Assembly (NCBI GenBank): GCA_041750285.1
Contig: JBGSZS010000004.1
Coordinates: forward strand, 160,001 to 224,000
Source of the DNA: Candidatus Fermentibacteraceae bacterium
GTDB taxonomy: Bacteria > Fermentibacterota > Fermentibacteria > Fermentibacterales > JCC-6
Reading direction: 5' to 3'
Length of the DNA stretch: 64,000 nt
In this document: positions 50,139 to 61,060 of the stretch, piece after piece
Layout: each line of letters opens with the position of its first letter
How positions within the stretch are numbered: the stretch's first letter is position 1
Position numbers and translations under genes: made by a program
The notes under the pieces: generated by a model
What the model saw: the letters and a program-made list of their open reading frames with translations, nothing else
What the model was told of the DNA's origin: nothing
The model's database searches: none

Positions 50139-51457
50139 GTTCTCTCCACGAGCATTGCAGTGAGTTCGGCTTCGGCGGCGACCCGCTCATCCACCCGGGC
50201 AACCCCCCGCATCCGGCAGAGCCTGCCCCTGCTGCTGAGCATTTCAAGCTCGAACTTGACCTGGTCACCAGGCAGGATGGGTTTTCTGAACCTGACCTTG
50301 TCGATGCCTCCGAAATAGACCAGCCACTTGGACGGATCGTCCACGTTGTCGAACAGCATCAGACCCCCAACCTGTGCCATGGCCTCGACGACCAGAACGC
50401 CGGGCATGATGGGACTGCCCGGAAAATGGCCCTGGAAATAGGGTTCGTTTATCGTGACGTTCTTGAGCCCGACTATCCTTTTTCCGGGGTCGATCTCGAG
50501 GACCTTGTCGACAAGTAGGAAGGGGTAGCGGTGGGGAAGGAGCCTCATCACGTCCTGGATGTCCCATTTGCGGTCGGAGAGGTGCTTTTCGGTCTTGGTC
50601 ATGCTTCCCTTGTAAACGCTCTTGATCTTCTTCACGAACTGAACATTTGAGGCGTGGCCGCTCTTTGCGCTTATGACATGGCCCTCGAGCCTGAAACCGA
50701 GAAGTGACAGGTCTCCGATGAGGTCGAGTATCTTGTGTCTTACGAACTCGTCGGGGAAGCGAAGGGGTTTGTCGTTCATTATGCCGTCGTCGCCAATGAC
50801 GACGGCGTTGTCGAGCGTTCCGCCCTTTATGAGCCCCTTCTCCTGAAGGGCCTTCACATCGCGGTACAGGCAGAACGTACGGGCGGGGGCGATCTCCTGG
50901 GCGAAGGTCTCGGGGGTGATGTCGAGGCTGAGGTATTGCGTGCCTATGGTCGCAATGTCGTAGTCGATGGTGAAGCTGACCCGAAGCCCGCTGTAGGGAA
51001 CGACGGTGAGAGTGGCCCCGAAATACTCGAGACTGACCGGTTCGGTTATCTTGAATATCTTCCGGGGGTGCCTGTTGAGGGTTGCCACCCCGGCGTTCTT
51101 GAGCAGGGCGGCGAACGAGCTCACCGAGCCGCCTGCCGGTTCGGGCGGCTCGTCGGAATCTATCTCTATGATCGCGTTGTCGATCTCGAGGCCGTAAAGC
51201 GCGCTGAGAACGTGTTCGACGGTGTGGACCTCGAAATAGTTCTCGCCCAGGGTCGTGCGTCTGGCCTGCTCCTCGATCATCCTGACGTTTTCGACGCAGA
51301 CCTTTATCATGGGTCTGCTCTCAACATCGGTCCTCACGAATACGTAGCCGGTGTCCGGAGGAGCCGGTTTGAACGTGATCGTGGTCTCCTTGCCGAGGTG
51401 AAGACCCACGCCGGTAAAGGAAATAACTGTATCAAGAGTGGTCTGAAACCGGTTCAT
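50135..51457 (-). CDS. lpxC: Bifunctional LpxC/FabZ
   Basis: GVGLHLG, TVEHVLSAL, APARTF, RHKILDLIGD, then LPHRYPFLLVD and GHFPGSPIMPGVLVVEAMAQ. Confidence 0.96.
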   Translation of the reverse strand: MNRFQTTLDTVISFTGVGLHLGKETTITFKPAPPDTGYVFVRTDVESRPMIKVCVENVRMIEEQARRTTLGENYFEVHTVEHVLSALYGLEIDNAIIEIDSDEPPEPAGGSVSSFAALLKNAGVATLNRHPRKIFKITEPVSLEYFGATLTVVPYSGLRVSFTIDYDIATIGTQYLSLDITPETFAQEIAPARTFCLYRDVKALQEKGLIKGGTLDNAVVIGDDGIMNDKPLRFPDEFVRHKILDLIGDLSLLGFRLEGHVISAKSGHASNVQFVKKIKSVYKGSMTKTEKHLSDRKWDIQDVMRLLPHRYPFLLVDKVLEIDPGKRIVGLKNVTINEPYFQGHFPGSPIMPGVLVVEAMAQVGGLMLFDNVDDPSKWLVYFGGIDKVRFRKPILPGDQVKFELEMLSSRGRLCRMRGVARVDERVAAEAELTAMLVERT

Positions 51458-51460
51458 CGA

Positions 51461-52486
51461 TCAACCCCGTTCTTCCTTCTTTCTGGTCAATCCGCGAAGA
51501 AGCCCGGGGAGTCTCGACGCGGCGGCCATGATTTTCATGTTCTCCATGTGGTTCCGGGCGGGAATACCACTGACGATCCCGCCGGGGGGAACATCCTTCG
51601 ATACTCCGCTCTTGGCGGTGAGAATCGCACCGCGCCCGATCCGCAGATGCCCTCCGATCCCGACCTGGCCACCGCAGGTGACCATATCCTCGAGAACGGT
51701 GCTTCCCGCGATTCCGGTCTGCGCCGCCACGAAACACCCCTTGCCAATTCTGACATTATGCGCCACCTGAACGAGGTTGTCGAGCTTGGTTCCGGCGCCC
51801 ACGATCGTGCTTCCGGCCACTGCCCTGTCGACGGTGGTCCCTGCGCCTATCTCCACGTCGTCACCGATAACCACGTTGCCGTTCTGGGGGATCTTCCTGT
51901 GCATCCCCCCCGGGTCGGGAACGAAACCGAATCCGTCACCGCCTATCACCACCCCCGTGTGCAGGACCACCCTGTGGCCGATAATGCACTCCGCAGCAAC
52001 GGCAACGAGGGGATGAATCAGGCAGTTGCGGCCGACGACCGCGTTCGGGCCTATGACGCACGATGCCCCGATCCGGGTTCCCCCTTCGATCCGGGCGTTC
52101 CTGTCCACCACCGAGCAGGGGCCCAGTGTCACATCCCGGGCCACGACCGCCGTGGGGTGTATGACGGCCGAAGGATGAACGCCTTCGAAACCGCTCGCGC
52201 GATCCGGGGAAAAAAGCTCGAGTGCGTCCCGGAAGGCAAGGTAAGGGTTTTTGACGATGAGCTGGTTCGAAGCCGACGTGTCAACCTCCGAGGCGGTGAT
52301 AACCGCAAGGGCGCGGGTTGACCCGAGGTGTCTTTCGTATCTCGGGTTTCCGTAGTAGCAGACATGCCGGCCGTCGGCCTCCTCGAGGGTGCTGACACCG
52401 GCCACGACCCGCTCCCCCCCCTCACCAAGAAGGACGGCGCCCAGAAGTTCCGCGAGCCTTGCGAGAGTTATCTCAGCGTCGTCCAC
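51461..52486 (-). CDS. lpxD: UDP-3-O-acyl-glucosamine N-acyltransferase
   Basis: NPYLAF, GDGFGF, KIPQNG, KLDNLVQVAHN. Confidence 0.96.
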   Translation of the reverse strand: MDDAEITLARLAELLGAVLLGEGGERVVAGVSTLEEADGRHVCYYGNPRYERHLGSTRALAVITASEVDTSASNQLIVKNPYLAFRDALELFSPDRASGFEGVHPSAVIHPTAVVARDVTLGPCSVVDRNARIEGGTRIGASCVIGPNAVVGRNCLIHPLVAVAAECIIGHRVVLHTGVVIGGDGFGFVPDPGGMHRKIPQNGNVVIGDDVEIGAGTTVDRAVAGSTIVGAGTKLDNLVQVAHNVRIGKGCFVAAQTGIAGSTVLEDMVTCGGQVGIGGHLRIGRGAILTAKSGVSKDVPPGGIVSGIPARNHMENMKIMAAASRLPGLLRGLTRKKEERG

Positions 52487-52979
52487 CGGAAGCCACCCTG
52501 TCCATCACCAGATCGGTTATATCCAGGGTCGGATCGGCAAAGACGACCTGTCCGGCTGATGAGTCGAAAACTATCGAAAGCCCCTCCTCAGTCGCTATTT
52601 CCGTAACGGCTTCGTTTATGGCGGCCACGATCGGCGCCACGAGCTGTTCGTTGCGCCGCTCCAGCTGGCCCCCGGGGCCGAACACGTCGGTGAGGAACTC
52701 CTCGAGTTCCTGCTCCTTCTGAAGCAGGAGGTTCTCGCGTTCCATGCGTCTCTCGGGGCTCATCACCAGCGTGCGGTCGAGGTCGGCCCTTATCTCGTCA
52801 ACCTCGAGCTGCAGTGAATCGGCGTAGGCCTGCCAGTTCTCGAGTTCCTCCTCGAGCAGTTCACGGGCATCCCTGACCGATCCCAGAGTGTCGAAGATCC
52901 TTGCTGAATCAACCACGGCCATCGTCTCGGCGAAGACCGCCGCGGAGCACAGCGCAACAATCAGTAAAGCCATTCTCAA
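52473..52979 (-). CDS. skp: OmpH/Skp periplasmic chaperone
   Basis: Signal peptide, AVVDSARIF, coiled coil, LDITDLV; between bamA and lpxD. Confidence 0.9.
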   Translation of the reverse strand: MRMALLIVALCSAAVFAETMAVVDSARIFDTLGSVRDARELLEEELENWQAYADSLQLEVDEIRADLDRTLVMSPERRMERENLLLQKEQELEEFLTDVFGPGGQLERRNEQLVAPIVAAINEAVTEIATEEGLSIVFDSSAGQVVFADPTLDITDLVMDRVASGGRR

Positions 52980-52992
52980 AGCGACCTCCCGA

Positions 52993-55224
52993 TCAGAAGC
53001 TCGTACCTATCTGAAAATGGGGTTCCCAACCCCTGTCAGGGCCGTCGAACCCGTAGGCGTAGTCAAGACCCAGTATTCCAAGCATCGGCACTTCGACCCT
53101 CACACCCATTCCCGCGCCCCGGTTCATGTCGCTGAGGTCGATCGTCGCCCACCGGTTCCAGGTGTTCCCGGCATCGGCGAACAGGGCAAGCTGAAGCTGG
53201 TCGATGATCCTGAACCTGTACTCGGCGGTGAGGATCAGCATGCTTCTCCCGCCAACCGTTTCGTAACCCTCGGTTGCTGCGATCGTGTTCTCGCCGTAGC
53301 CCCGGACCCCGTAGAAACCGGTCCCTCCCAGTTGGAAGAACTCGTACGCAGGCGGTTCCTCGCCGCCAAAACCCGCAACGTATCCGGCCCTGGCGCGGAG
53401 GGTGAGGAAGAACTTCCACCACAGGGGCACGAACCATTGCGAATCCAGCAGGTACTTCTGATAGCCTATGTCGCCTCCCAGAGGGCCTCCCGCGTACTGC
53501 ATGGTCAGGCTGTTCAGCGAGCCTTCGCCGGGGAAGTTCTGTCTGTCACGGCTGTCGCGGGACAATGAGTAGCGCACCGAACTCTCCCAGCGGGGCCAGT
53601 CCGTGTCGCGGAGGTCGTAGTAGTAGCTCGTGGAATCGGTGGTCACGTTGTAGACATCAACCTTCTCGAGAGAGTAGCGCACCGACGCCCTGACGTAGTC
53701 GAGGCCGGGTATGGGTCTTCCCACAAGTATCGATCCACCCGTCTTCAGCCTGTCGTACTCGGAGTAATTGCTGGCGGTGCGGTAGAGCTGGGCGCCCAGG
53801 GTCAGGGGGGTGTCCATGAACCATGGTTCGGTGAAACCGAGCTGAACGTTCTGGGTGCTCTTCGAAAACTGGTAGGCTGCGCTGATGCTCTGGCCCATGC
53901 CGCGGAAGTTCTCCTCGCCGTACTCGACGTAGCCGCTCATGCCGTCGGAACCGCTGTAACCGGCCCCCAGCCCGGCCCTGCCGGTGGTTTTTTCGTCCAC
54001 CTGCATGACAAGGTCTACATCCTGCGATTCGGGAACCGGACGGAAATCGGGCACCACATCGTTGAAGTAGTTGAGGTAGTAGATGTTCCTCATGCTGCGC
54101 ATGAGGGCGGTGCGCTGGAAAAGGTCGCCGGGGTAGACCGTGAGCTCCCGTCTGATGACGTTGTCGCAGGTTCTTGTGTTTCCGGTAATGTCGATCCTGC
54201 GGATGTGCGCCCTCTCGCCCTCGGTTATGACGAAGGAGATGTCGAGGGCGTCACCCGCCCCGGAGGTGACCGAAGGTTCCACGACGGCGTAGAAGTACCC
54301 CTTGTCCTGGTAGAGCGTGTACACGTTCTCGAGCGTTCTCTCAAGGTCTCTCACATCGTAGTGCTCACCGGCGGTTATCCTGCTTGCCCTTTGAAGAAGG
54401 GAATCGGGAACCGAGGCGCCACCGGAAAAAGCGACCTGGCCGAACGTTCGGAAGGCGCCCTCGAAAACGTCGATCGTTATCCTGAGATGGCGTCCGTCGT
54501 CCATCATCTCGCGGGAACTGCCCAGAACACGGGCGTCCGGGTATCCGTTGCGGTGGTAGTGATCCTCGATCCTGCCGGCATCGAGGGCGAACTCGTCCTC
54601 CTTGAGCTTGCCGCTTCGCCAGAAGCTGTCCTGGCGCGTCTTCATCTCGCCCCTGAGTTCGCGGTCGGTGAAGGCCATGTTGCCGTTGAAGACGATCTCG
54701 CCCACCCTGATGTCGGGTCCGCCTTCGCAGGCGAAGATGATGTCCCGTCTGCCCTGTGAATCGGGTTCGCCCCAGCGGGCCTGGACCGTTGCCAGATGCC
54801 TGTTCTTCTCCGCGTAGAGCTGCCTTATGAGGGTTTCGGCGGCTGCCACCCTCGCCATGGAGAGGGTCTGCCCGGGGAAGATCATCAGACTGTCACGGGC
54901 CTTGTCTTCGTCCAGTTCGCCCGGGTTCTCGAAGATCACCTGCCCCACTATCGGGTTCTCGAGGATGTGTACGAGAACTCCCACCGTTTCGGGGGAGATG
55001 CTGTCGGAGTACACCGCCACTTCCTGGAAGTACTCGAGTGCGTAGAGCGACCTGATCCCGGTGCCGATGACCACCGGATTCAGTTCGTCGCCGATCCTCA
55101 GACCGAGGGCCCTGACGATCAGGGAATCGCTCACATAGCTGTTGCCCTCGATGTCGATCCGTTCCACCACCGCAGCCCTGGAAGAGAGCGCAGCTAAAAG
55201 AATGAGAGGAAGCAGGTATTTCAA
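52993..55224 (-). CDS. bamA: Outer membrane protein assembly factor BamA
   Basis: POTRA repeats (ITGNTRT.DNVIRREL), VRGY loop, terminal FQIGTSF. Confidence 0.95.
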   Translation of the reverse strand: MKYLLPLILLAALSSRAAVVERIDIEGNSYVSDSLIVRALGLRIGDELNPVVIGTGIRSLYALEYFQEVAVYSDSISPETVGVLVHILENPIVGQVIFENPGELDEDKARDSLMIFPGQTLSMARVAAAETLIRQLYAEKNRHLATVQARWGEPDSQGRRDIIFACEGGPDIRVGEIVFNGNMAFTDRELRGEMKTRQDSFWRSGKLKEDEFALDAGRIEDHYHRNGYPDARVLGSSREMMDDGRHLRITIDVFEGAFRTFGQVAFSGGASVPDSLLQRASRITAGEHYDVRDLERTLENVYTLYQDKGYFYAVVEPSVTSGAGDALDISFVITEGERAHIRRIDITGNTRTCDNVIRRELTVYPGDLFQRTALMRSMRNIYYLNYFNDVVPDFRPVPESQDVDLVMQVDEKTTGRAGLGAGYSGSDGMSGYVEYGEENFRGMGQSISAAYQFSKSTQNVQLGFTEPWFMDTPLTLGAQLYRTASNYSEYDRLKTGGSILVGRPIPGLDYVRASVRYSLEKVDVYNVTTDSTSYYYDLRDTDWPRWESSVRYSLSRDSRDRQNFPGEGSLNSLTMQYAGGPLGGDIGYQKYLLDSQWFVPLWWKFFLTLRARAGYVAGFGGEEPPAYEFFQLGGTGFYGVRGYGENTIAATEGYETVGGRSMLILTAEYRFRIIDQLQLALFADAGNTWNRWATIDLSDMNRGAGMGVRVEVPMLGILGLDYAYGFDGPDRGWEPHFQIGTSF

Positions 55225-57632
55225 CTCTTCACGCCTTCCGGAATTCGTGCTTCCTCGGTGCGAAGGACAAGGGACTCGCCGCCGCAGGAAACCGTGACAA
55301 ATGCGCCGGGGAAGATGTCACCCCTTACCAGGGCGTCGGTGAGGGGGTCTTCGAGGTATTGCTGTATCGTTCGCTGGAGGTGCCTCACCCCGGCGTCGGG
55401 GCTGCAGCCCTTCCGGGCGAGGAAATCGGTCGCGGAATCGTCGACGGAGATCGAAACCCTGAGAGCCGAAAGCCTCGACCTGACGCCGCTGAGCTGAAGG
55501 TCGACGATGTCCCGCACGTGGGAAAGCTCGAGGTGGTTGAACACCACCACCTCATCCAGCCTGTTTATGAACTCGGGGGGGAAGATGCGCTTCGCATCCT
55601 CCACCGTGGAGAGTTCTGAAGCGCCGGAAGGAGAGAACCCGACCCTGGGCGAGGATGAGCCCTTCACGTTGCCGGTCATGATGATGATGGTGTTCCGGAA
55701 ATCGATCCGGCGGCCGATGTTGTCCGTCATGGTCCCGTAGTCCATGACCTGAAGCAGCATGTTGAACATGTCTGAGTGGGCCTTTTCCATCTCGTCGAGC
55801 AGGACCACCGAATAGGGGCGTCTGCGCACCTTTTCGGTGAGCTGGCCGCCGTCGTCGTAACCCACATACCCGGGAGGGGCGCCCACGAGCCTCGATCCCG
55901 AAAAACTCTCCTGGTATTCGCTCATGTCGATGCGGATCAGGGAGAGGCTGTCGCCGAAGATCAACTCGGCGAGCGCGGCGGCCGTTGCGGTCTTGCCCAC
56001 ACCCGAGGGCCCGAGGAAAAGGAAGCAGCCGGCAGGCCGGTCAGGCGGACGGAGCCCGACCTGGCTCCTCCGGATTGCCCGTGCAATGACGCCGATGGCA
56101 GGCTCCTGACCCACTATCCTGGATGAGAGCCTTTTTTCGAGGTCTGCGAGCCTTGCCAGGTCGTTCTCGCCCATTCTGCTTATCGGGATGCCCGTCATGG
56201 AAGAGACCACGGCGGCCACGTCGTCGGGTGTGATCGTGACCGGGGCGAGGGTCTCGATCCATCGTTTCCTGTCAGCTTCGATGGCTTCGGACAAGCGCTG
56301 TATCTCGCTCTTCAGATTGTTGACCTGGATGAGATTGCGTTTTTCTATCTCGGTCTCGAGCTGCGACTCGAGTGAAGACAGGGTCCTGTGCATCGAAAGA
56401 AGGCTCTCGGGCGACCTGGAGCTGTCGGAGTTGGCCCGGGCCCCGCTCTCGTCGAGTACGTCGATGGCTTTGTCGGGCAGGAAACGTCCGCTTATGTAGC
56501 GGTCCGCGAGAACGGCACAGCTCCTCACCGCTTCGGGCGTGTAGATCGAGTTGTGGTGCCTTGCGTACCTGGGTTCGAGGCCTTCGAGTATCCTCACGGT
56601 GAGATCGACGCTTGGGGGATCGACCGGAATCGGTTGAAAGCGCCTCTCGAGGGCGCCGTCCTTCTCGATGCGCCTTCTGTACTCATCGAGCGTCGTGGCG
56701 CCTATGCACTGGATCTCCCCCCTGGCAAGCGATGGCTTCAGGAGGTTGGCCGCGTCCATTGCGCCCTCGGCTCCGCCGGCCCCCACTATCGTATGGATCT
56801 CGTCGATGAAGAGTATCACGTTGCCCGATTCGAGTATCTCCTTGAGAAGGATCTTCAGCCTCTCCTCGAATTGGCCGCGGTACTTGGTGCCTGCGATCAC
56901 CCCCGCCATGTCCAGTGCGAGTATCCTCTTGCCGTGGAGCATCATGGGAACCGAAGCCTCGGTGACGCGCCTTGCCAGCCCCTCCACGATGGCGGTCTTG
57001 CCGACTCCGGGTTCGCCGATGAGTACGGGGTTGGACTTCTTCCTTCTGCAGAGGACCCTTATCAGCCTGTTGATCTCCTGATCGCGGCCGATCACGGGGT
57101 CGAGAAGACCCTTTCTGGCCATTGCCGTCAGGTCACGGCAGAAGTACTCCATGGCGGAAACCGGCTTTTCCTGCGGAGATTCGCCTTTGGCGCTTCCGGG
57201 AAGCGACCGGATGATGCGGTCGGCCTTCTCGTAGGTCACCCCGGCTTCCCACAGGATCTCCCCCGCCACGGTCGTCTCGACTGAAGTGACCGCAAGCAGC
57301 AGGTGCTCGGTGCCGACGGTGGGTGAGTCGAGGCTCTGGGCGAGCCTTCCGGCCTCCTGCAGGATGCGCCTTGCCCTTTCGGTCCACTCCAGCTCGTGCC
57401 GGTCCACAGGGACAGGAAGCCTGCCCCCCCTGATGCGGTTCTGCACCCTGAGCCTGAGTTCGGCGGTGTTCACGCCGAGACGGGTTAGAACCATTGACGC
57501 AGTGGAACCGTCGACCGTGAGTATTCCGTAGAGAATGTGTTCGGATGTGACGCTGGGCCGGCCGGAACGGCCGGCCTCGAGCCTTGCTTCATTGAGTGCG
57601 GCCCTGGCTCTTTCGCTGAACCTCTCCCGCAA
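55221..57632 (-). CDS. clpC: ClpC-type AAA+ ATPase
   Basis: Clp N repeats, [17 protein letters not shown], middle coiled coil, [23 protein letters not shown]. Confidence 0.93.
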   Translation of the reverse strand: MRERFSERARAALNEARLEAGRSGRPSVTSEHILYGILTVDGSTASMVLTRLGVNTAELRLRVQNRIRGGRLPVPVDRHELEWTERARRILQEAGRLAQSLDSPTVGTEHLLLAVTSVETTVAGEILWEAGVTYEKADRIIRSLPGSAKGESPQEKPVSAMEYFCRDLTAMARKGLLDPVIGRDQEINRLIRVLCRRKKSNPVLIGEPGVGKTAIVEGLARRVTEASVPMMLHGKRILALDMAGVIAGTKYRGQFEERLKILLKEILESGNVILFIDEIHTIVGAGGAEGAMDAANLLKPSLARGEIQCIGATTLDEYRRRIEKDGALERRFQPIPVDPPSVDLTVRILEGLEPRYARHHNSIYTPEAVRSCAVLADRYISGRFLPDKAIDVLDESGARANSDSSRSPESLLSMHRTLSSLESQLETEIEKRNLIQVNNLKSEIQRLSEAIEADRKRWIETLAPVTITPDDVAAVVSSMTGIPISRMGENDLARLADLEKRLSSRIVGQEPAIGVIARAIRRSQVGLRPPDRPAGCFLFLGPSGVGKTATAAALAELIFGDSLSLIRIDMSEYQESFSGSRLVGAPPGYVGYDDGGQLTEKVRRRPYSVVLLDEMEKAHSDMFNMLLQVMDYGTMTDNIGRRIDFRNTIIIMTGNVKGSSSPRVGFSPSGASELSTVEDAKRIFPPEFINRLDEVVVFNHLELSHVRDIVDLQLSGVRSRLSALRVSISVDDSATDFLARKGCSPDAGVRHLQRTIQQYLEDPLTDALVRGDIFPGAFVTVSCGGESLVLRTEEARIPEGVKS

Positions 57633-57709
57633 TTTCTCCCCTTTCGTGGAACCCGTTTCCCGGGTTTACCAGCGAGTAAATATAAGGTTCCCGCCGGGTT
57701 TCACCAGCT

Positions 57710-58396
57710 TCAACCCTCCCGGAGAACGCCCCTGTCCAGAATCAGGAGCCTGTCGCACCTCTGGGCCAGCTCGCGGCTGTGGGTTGCGATGAGGAAAGCC
57801 TGGTTCCTTCCGTGCGCAAGGTCGAGCATCAGGTTCTCCACCACAGCAGTGGCCTCGTCGTCGAGGTTTCCGGTGGGCTCATCGGCAAGGACCACCGCGG
57901 GTTCCATCGCCAGGGCCCTGGCAAGGGCGGCCCGCTGTCTCTCTCCGCCGGATACCTCGGAGGGGAAGTGGTTCCCCCTTGCCCCGATGCCCACTTCACG
58001 GAGAAGCCCGCCCGCAATGTCCATGGAGCGGCTCCGGGACTTGCCCGAGATCATGCAGGGCATCGCCACGTTCTCATGGATCGTGAACTCCTCGAGCAGA
58101 TGATGGAACTGAAAGACGAATCCCAGGTTCTGGTTCCTCATCCGCGAACGCTTCGCCTCGCCCGCCTTCCAGGGGTCACGGCCGTCGATGAGCACCGTTC
58201 CGCTGCTGGGCCTTGCCAAAAGGCCCAGCACATGGAGAAGCGTGCTCTTGCCGGAACCGCTTGGGCCCATGACTGCCGTCAGCCCTCCCGGGAAGAGATC
58301 GATGGACGCACCCCTCAGAACGTGGAGCGTGTCGGCGCCACGGCCGTAGGTGAAGTGTATGTCGCGCCCTGAAAGGACGGGTCCGGCTTCACTCAT
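57710..58396 (-). CDS. lolD: Lipoprotein-releasing ABC ATPase
   Basis: GPSGSGKS, GFVFQFHHLL, SGGERQR, ADEPTGNLD. Confidence 0.92.
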   Translation of the reverse strand: MSEAGPVLSGRDIHFTYGRGADTLHVLRGASIDLFPGGLTAVMGPSGSGKSTLLHVLGLLARPSSGTVLIDGRDPWKAGEAKRSRMRNQNLGFVFQFHHLLEEFTIHENVAMPCMISGKSRSRSMDIAGGLLREVGIGARGNHFPSEVSGGERQRAALARALAMEPAVVLADEPTGNLDDEATAVVENLMLDLAHGRNQAFLIATHSRELAQRCDRLLILDRGVLREG

Positions 58397-59591
58397 ACCG
58401 CAATGCCTCCGATGGTGAGTCGGACAGGGCGGAAAGAGCGGGTGCCACCGAAACCACAAGGCACACAAGCAGCGTGATCATGGACGCTGCGAGGGCGGTC
58501 TGTGTGGAAAAGCTTCCCGTGAGGGTTTCGACCCAGTAAACGCTGGAATCGAGCCTGATGGGAAAGAAGCCGTTGACGACCCGCACCGCCGCCCACGCCG
58601 TCAGGACACCGGCAGCGACACCGGCGGCTCCGATGGAGAGCCCCCTGGTGATGCTGGTGATGAAAACCATGCGTGGCGTGGCGCCCATGGCCCGAAGCAC
58701 GCCCATGTCCCACCGGTGCTCGAGCGCGATCATGGTCAGCGCACTGGAGAGGTTTAGAAGCGCCACGACCGTGATGAGTGCCAGAACGATGGTCATGGCG
58801 AGAGTCTCGAGCCCGAGAGCCTGAAAGAGGTTGGTGTGGAAGGACATGAATGGTACCGCCGTCATGTAGGCGGGCCACCCGCCCTCCACGTACCTTTCCC
58901 GAAGAAGGGAGTCGAGTGTCAAGGAAACGGCTACCGGGTCGGTTTCCGGAGTGACCCCCACTCCCATTGAACTGATTCCCGTCGCGTCGCCGAAAAGACT
59001 TCGCGCACTTCCCAGCGATGTGGACACAAGGGACCGGTTGTACTCGTCTATTCCGAAGTCAGTCACACCGATGACCACCACCGGCATGATGGTGTCGACA
59101 AGGACCCTTCCCATTCCGCTGATGCTTACGTTCGCAGTGGAAGCAAGCCTGACCGTATCGCCAGGGGTTATCCCGAGGGATTGGGCGAGGCGCCTCCCGA
59201 GAACAGCGCCTTCGCTGCTTCCTGACATGCCCCTGACCATGACCCCGGCAACCGTACCCACGGCTCCCGAAGCAACGGCAGGCCTCTCCAGAACTGCTTC
59301 GACCCCGGTCGTTCCGGGTATCGTCCCGGCGAGATCCCGAACGAGCCCGTAGTCGGAAGGGCCCAGACTGCCCCCTCCCGGAGCGAAGACGTGCACCGCG
59401 GGATTGACTGCCTCGAGACTGCTCCTTATCGCCCCGGTGAATCCGTCCATGAAGGACCTGAGGATGATAAGGGCGGCCACTCCTATGGCTATCCCCGCCA
59501 CTGAGAGCACTCCCACGAAACGCACGAAGCCCGAGTGGGACCTGCTCACCACCTGTCTGCCCGAAAGGGAGCCGAGAAGCCAGAGGTTCAT
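58389..59591 (-). CDS. lolC: Lipoprotein-releasing ABC permease (LolC/E)
   Basis: SVAGIAIGVAALI, MGVLRAMGA, PSEALRYE terminus. Confidence 0.88.
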   Translation of the reverse strand: MNLWLLGSLSGRQVVSRSHSGFVRFVGVLSVAGIAIGVAALIILRSFMDGFTGAIRSSLEAVNPAVHVFAPGGGSLGPSDYGLVRDLAGTIPGTTGVEAVLERPAVASGAVGTVAGVMVRGMSGSSEGAVLGRRLAQSLGITPGDTVRLASTANVSISGMGRVLVDTIMPVVVIGVTDFGIDEYNRSLVSTSLGSARSLFGDATGISSMGVGVTPETDPVAVSLTLDSLLRERYVEGGWPAYMTAVPFMSFHTNLFQALGLETLAMTIVLALITVVALLNLSSALTMIALEHRWDMGVLRAMGATPRMVFITSITRGLSIGAAGVAAGVLTAWAAVRVVNGFFPIRLDSSVYWVETLTGSFSTQTALAASMITLLVCLVVSVAPALSALSDSPSEALRYE

Positions 59592-61060
59592 TTTTCCCTT
59601 CTGAGGTGTGGAAACAGGATGGTGTCACGGATGGAACCGGCATCGGTCAGTATCATCACGAGACGGTCGACGCCCACGCCAAGCCCGCCCGCGGGGGGCA
59701 TGCCGACCTCGAGGGCGTACAGGAACTCCTCATCCACCGCGCCCTCGCGGTGACCGCTCAAAGCTGCCTGTTCCAGAAGGATCCGGCGCTGGAGAAGCGG
59801 ATCGTTCTGCTCGCTGAACGCATTGGCGAGTTCGATCCCCGCAATGAAGGCCTCGAACCGCTCGGTAAGCCTGGGGTCGTCGGGCTTTCCCTTTGCCAGG
59901 GGGGAGAGCTCGACCGGATAGTCGATGACGAAGGTGGGCTGAACAAGGGTGGGCGTCACGAAATGGTCGAACAGCTTGTCGAGCAGGTCGGCGCGGTCCA
60001 CCCCCCCGGTGGCTATGCCCAGCCGTCCCGCAAAGCGCGCAAGACCGGCGTGGTCCATTTCGAACAGGGCCTCACCGCTGTGTTGGTGCAGCGCAGAGAC
60101 GAAGGGAACCCGCGCAAACGGCGTGGACAGGTCGATGGAGAGCCCCTGGAAAGTGATCTCCCCGCCCTTTCCCAGGGCGCCCGCCGCAGCGGCAACAAGC
60201 TCCTCGAAACGCCGCATCATCCCCTCGTAGTCGGTCCAGGCCTCGTACAGCTCGAGCTGGGTGAACTCGGGGCTGTGGGTTCTGTCCACACCCTCGTTCC
60301 GGAAGTCCTTCCCGATCTCGTAAACCTTGTGAAATCCGCCTACCATGAGCCTTTTCAGGTACAGCTCGGTGGCTATGCGGAGGAAGCACTGCTGGTCGAG
60401 GAAGTTGTAGGTCGTGATGAATGGCTCGGCGTTGGCGCCCCCGTAAAGCTGCTGGAGGACCGGGGTCTCCACCTCGATGAACCCGTTTTGATCGAGGTGA
60501 TCCCTCATGGCCTTGATCATCCGGCTTCTCGAAACGAACCTCTCCCTGCTGCCCGGGTTCAAAAGGAGATCGATGCAACGGTGCCTGTAAAGAAGGTCTG
60601 GGTCGCTCACAGCGTCGTGGACCTCGCCCCCCGAGTCCACCTTCACCACGGGCAGCGGACGCACGGCCTTGACCAGGACCTTCATTCCCGTGACCTTCAC
60701 CGTCAGCTCGCCCATCCTGGTGACAAAAAGGGTTCCGGCAACCCATATGATGTCGCCGAGATCGGTGTGCGAAAGGATTTCCCAGGTTTCCGGCGGAAGC
60801 TCCCTGCTGTTGAAGTAGAGCTGGATTCTCGCCGAGGGATCGGAGATGTCCATGAAGATGGTCCTGCCGTGTTCCCTGCGGGCCCTTATCCTGCCGGTGG
60901 TCTGCACCGCGTCGCAGGTTTCAGGGTTCATCTCCCTCACTTCGGCAATGGGTACCCTCCCGGGCGTCCGGGGTGGGTACGGATCGACCCCCGAAGCCCT
61001 CAGGTCGGAGAGCTTCGAGAGCCGTCCCTCGATTATCGGATTGGTGTATAGCGTCATCAC
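59588..61060 (-). CDS. lysS: Lysine--tRNA ligase, class II (start 61060 or 61057)
   Basis: EVETPVL, LRIATELYLKRL, FRNEG, HSPEFT, GMPPAGGLGVGVDRL. Confidence 0.97.
   Translation of the reverse strand: MMTLYTNPIIEGRLSKLSDLRASGVDPYPPRTPGRVPIAEVREMNPETCDAVQTTGRIRARREHGRTIFMDISDPSARIQLYFNSRELPPETWEILSHTDLGDIIWVAGTLFVTRMGELTVKVTGMKVLVKAVRPLPVVKVDSGGEVHDAVSDPDLLYRHRCIDLLLNPGSRERFVSRSRMIKAMRDHLDQNGFIEVETPVLQQLYGGANAEPFITTYNFLDQQCFLRIATELYLKRLMVGGFHKVYEIGKDFRNEGVDRTHSPEFTQLELYEAWTDYEGMMRRFEELVAAAAGALGKGGEITFQGLSIDLSTPFARVPFVSALHQHSGEALFEMDHAGLARFAGRLGIATGGVDRADLLDKLFDHFVTPTLVQPTFVIDYPVELSPLAKGKPDDPRLTERFEAFIAGIELANAFSEQNDPLLQRRILLEQAALSGHREGAVDEEFLYALEVGMPPAGGLGVGVDRLVMILTDAGSIRDTILFPHLRREK

Noticed and set aside
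50135..57632. LpxC-FabZ fusion and clpC embedded between lolD and bamA as novelties
   Set aside because: The fusion is established in Bacteroidota and relatives, and I recall this gene order from other diderms. Useful only as a taxonomic hint.
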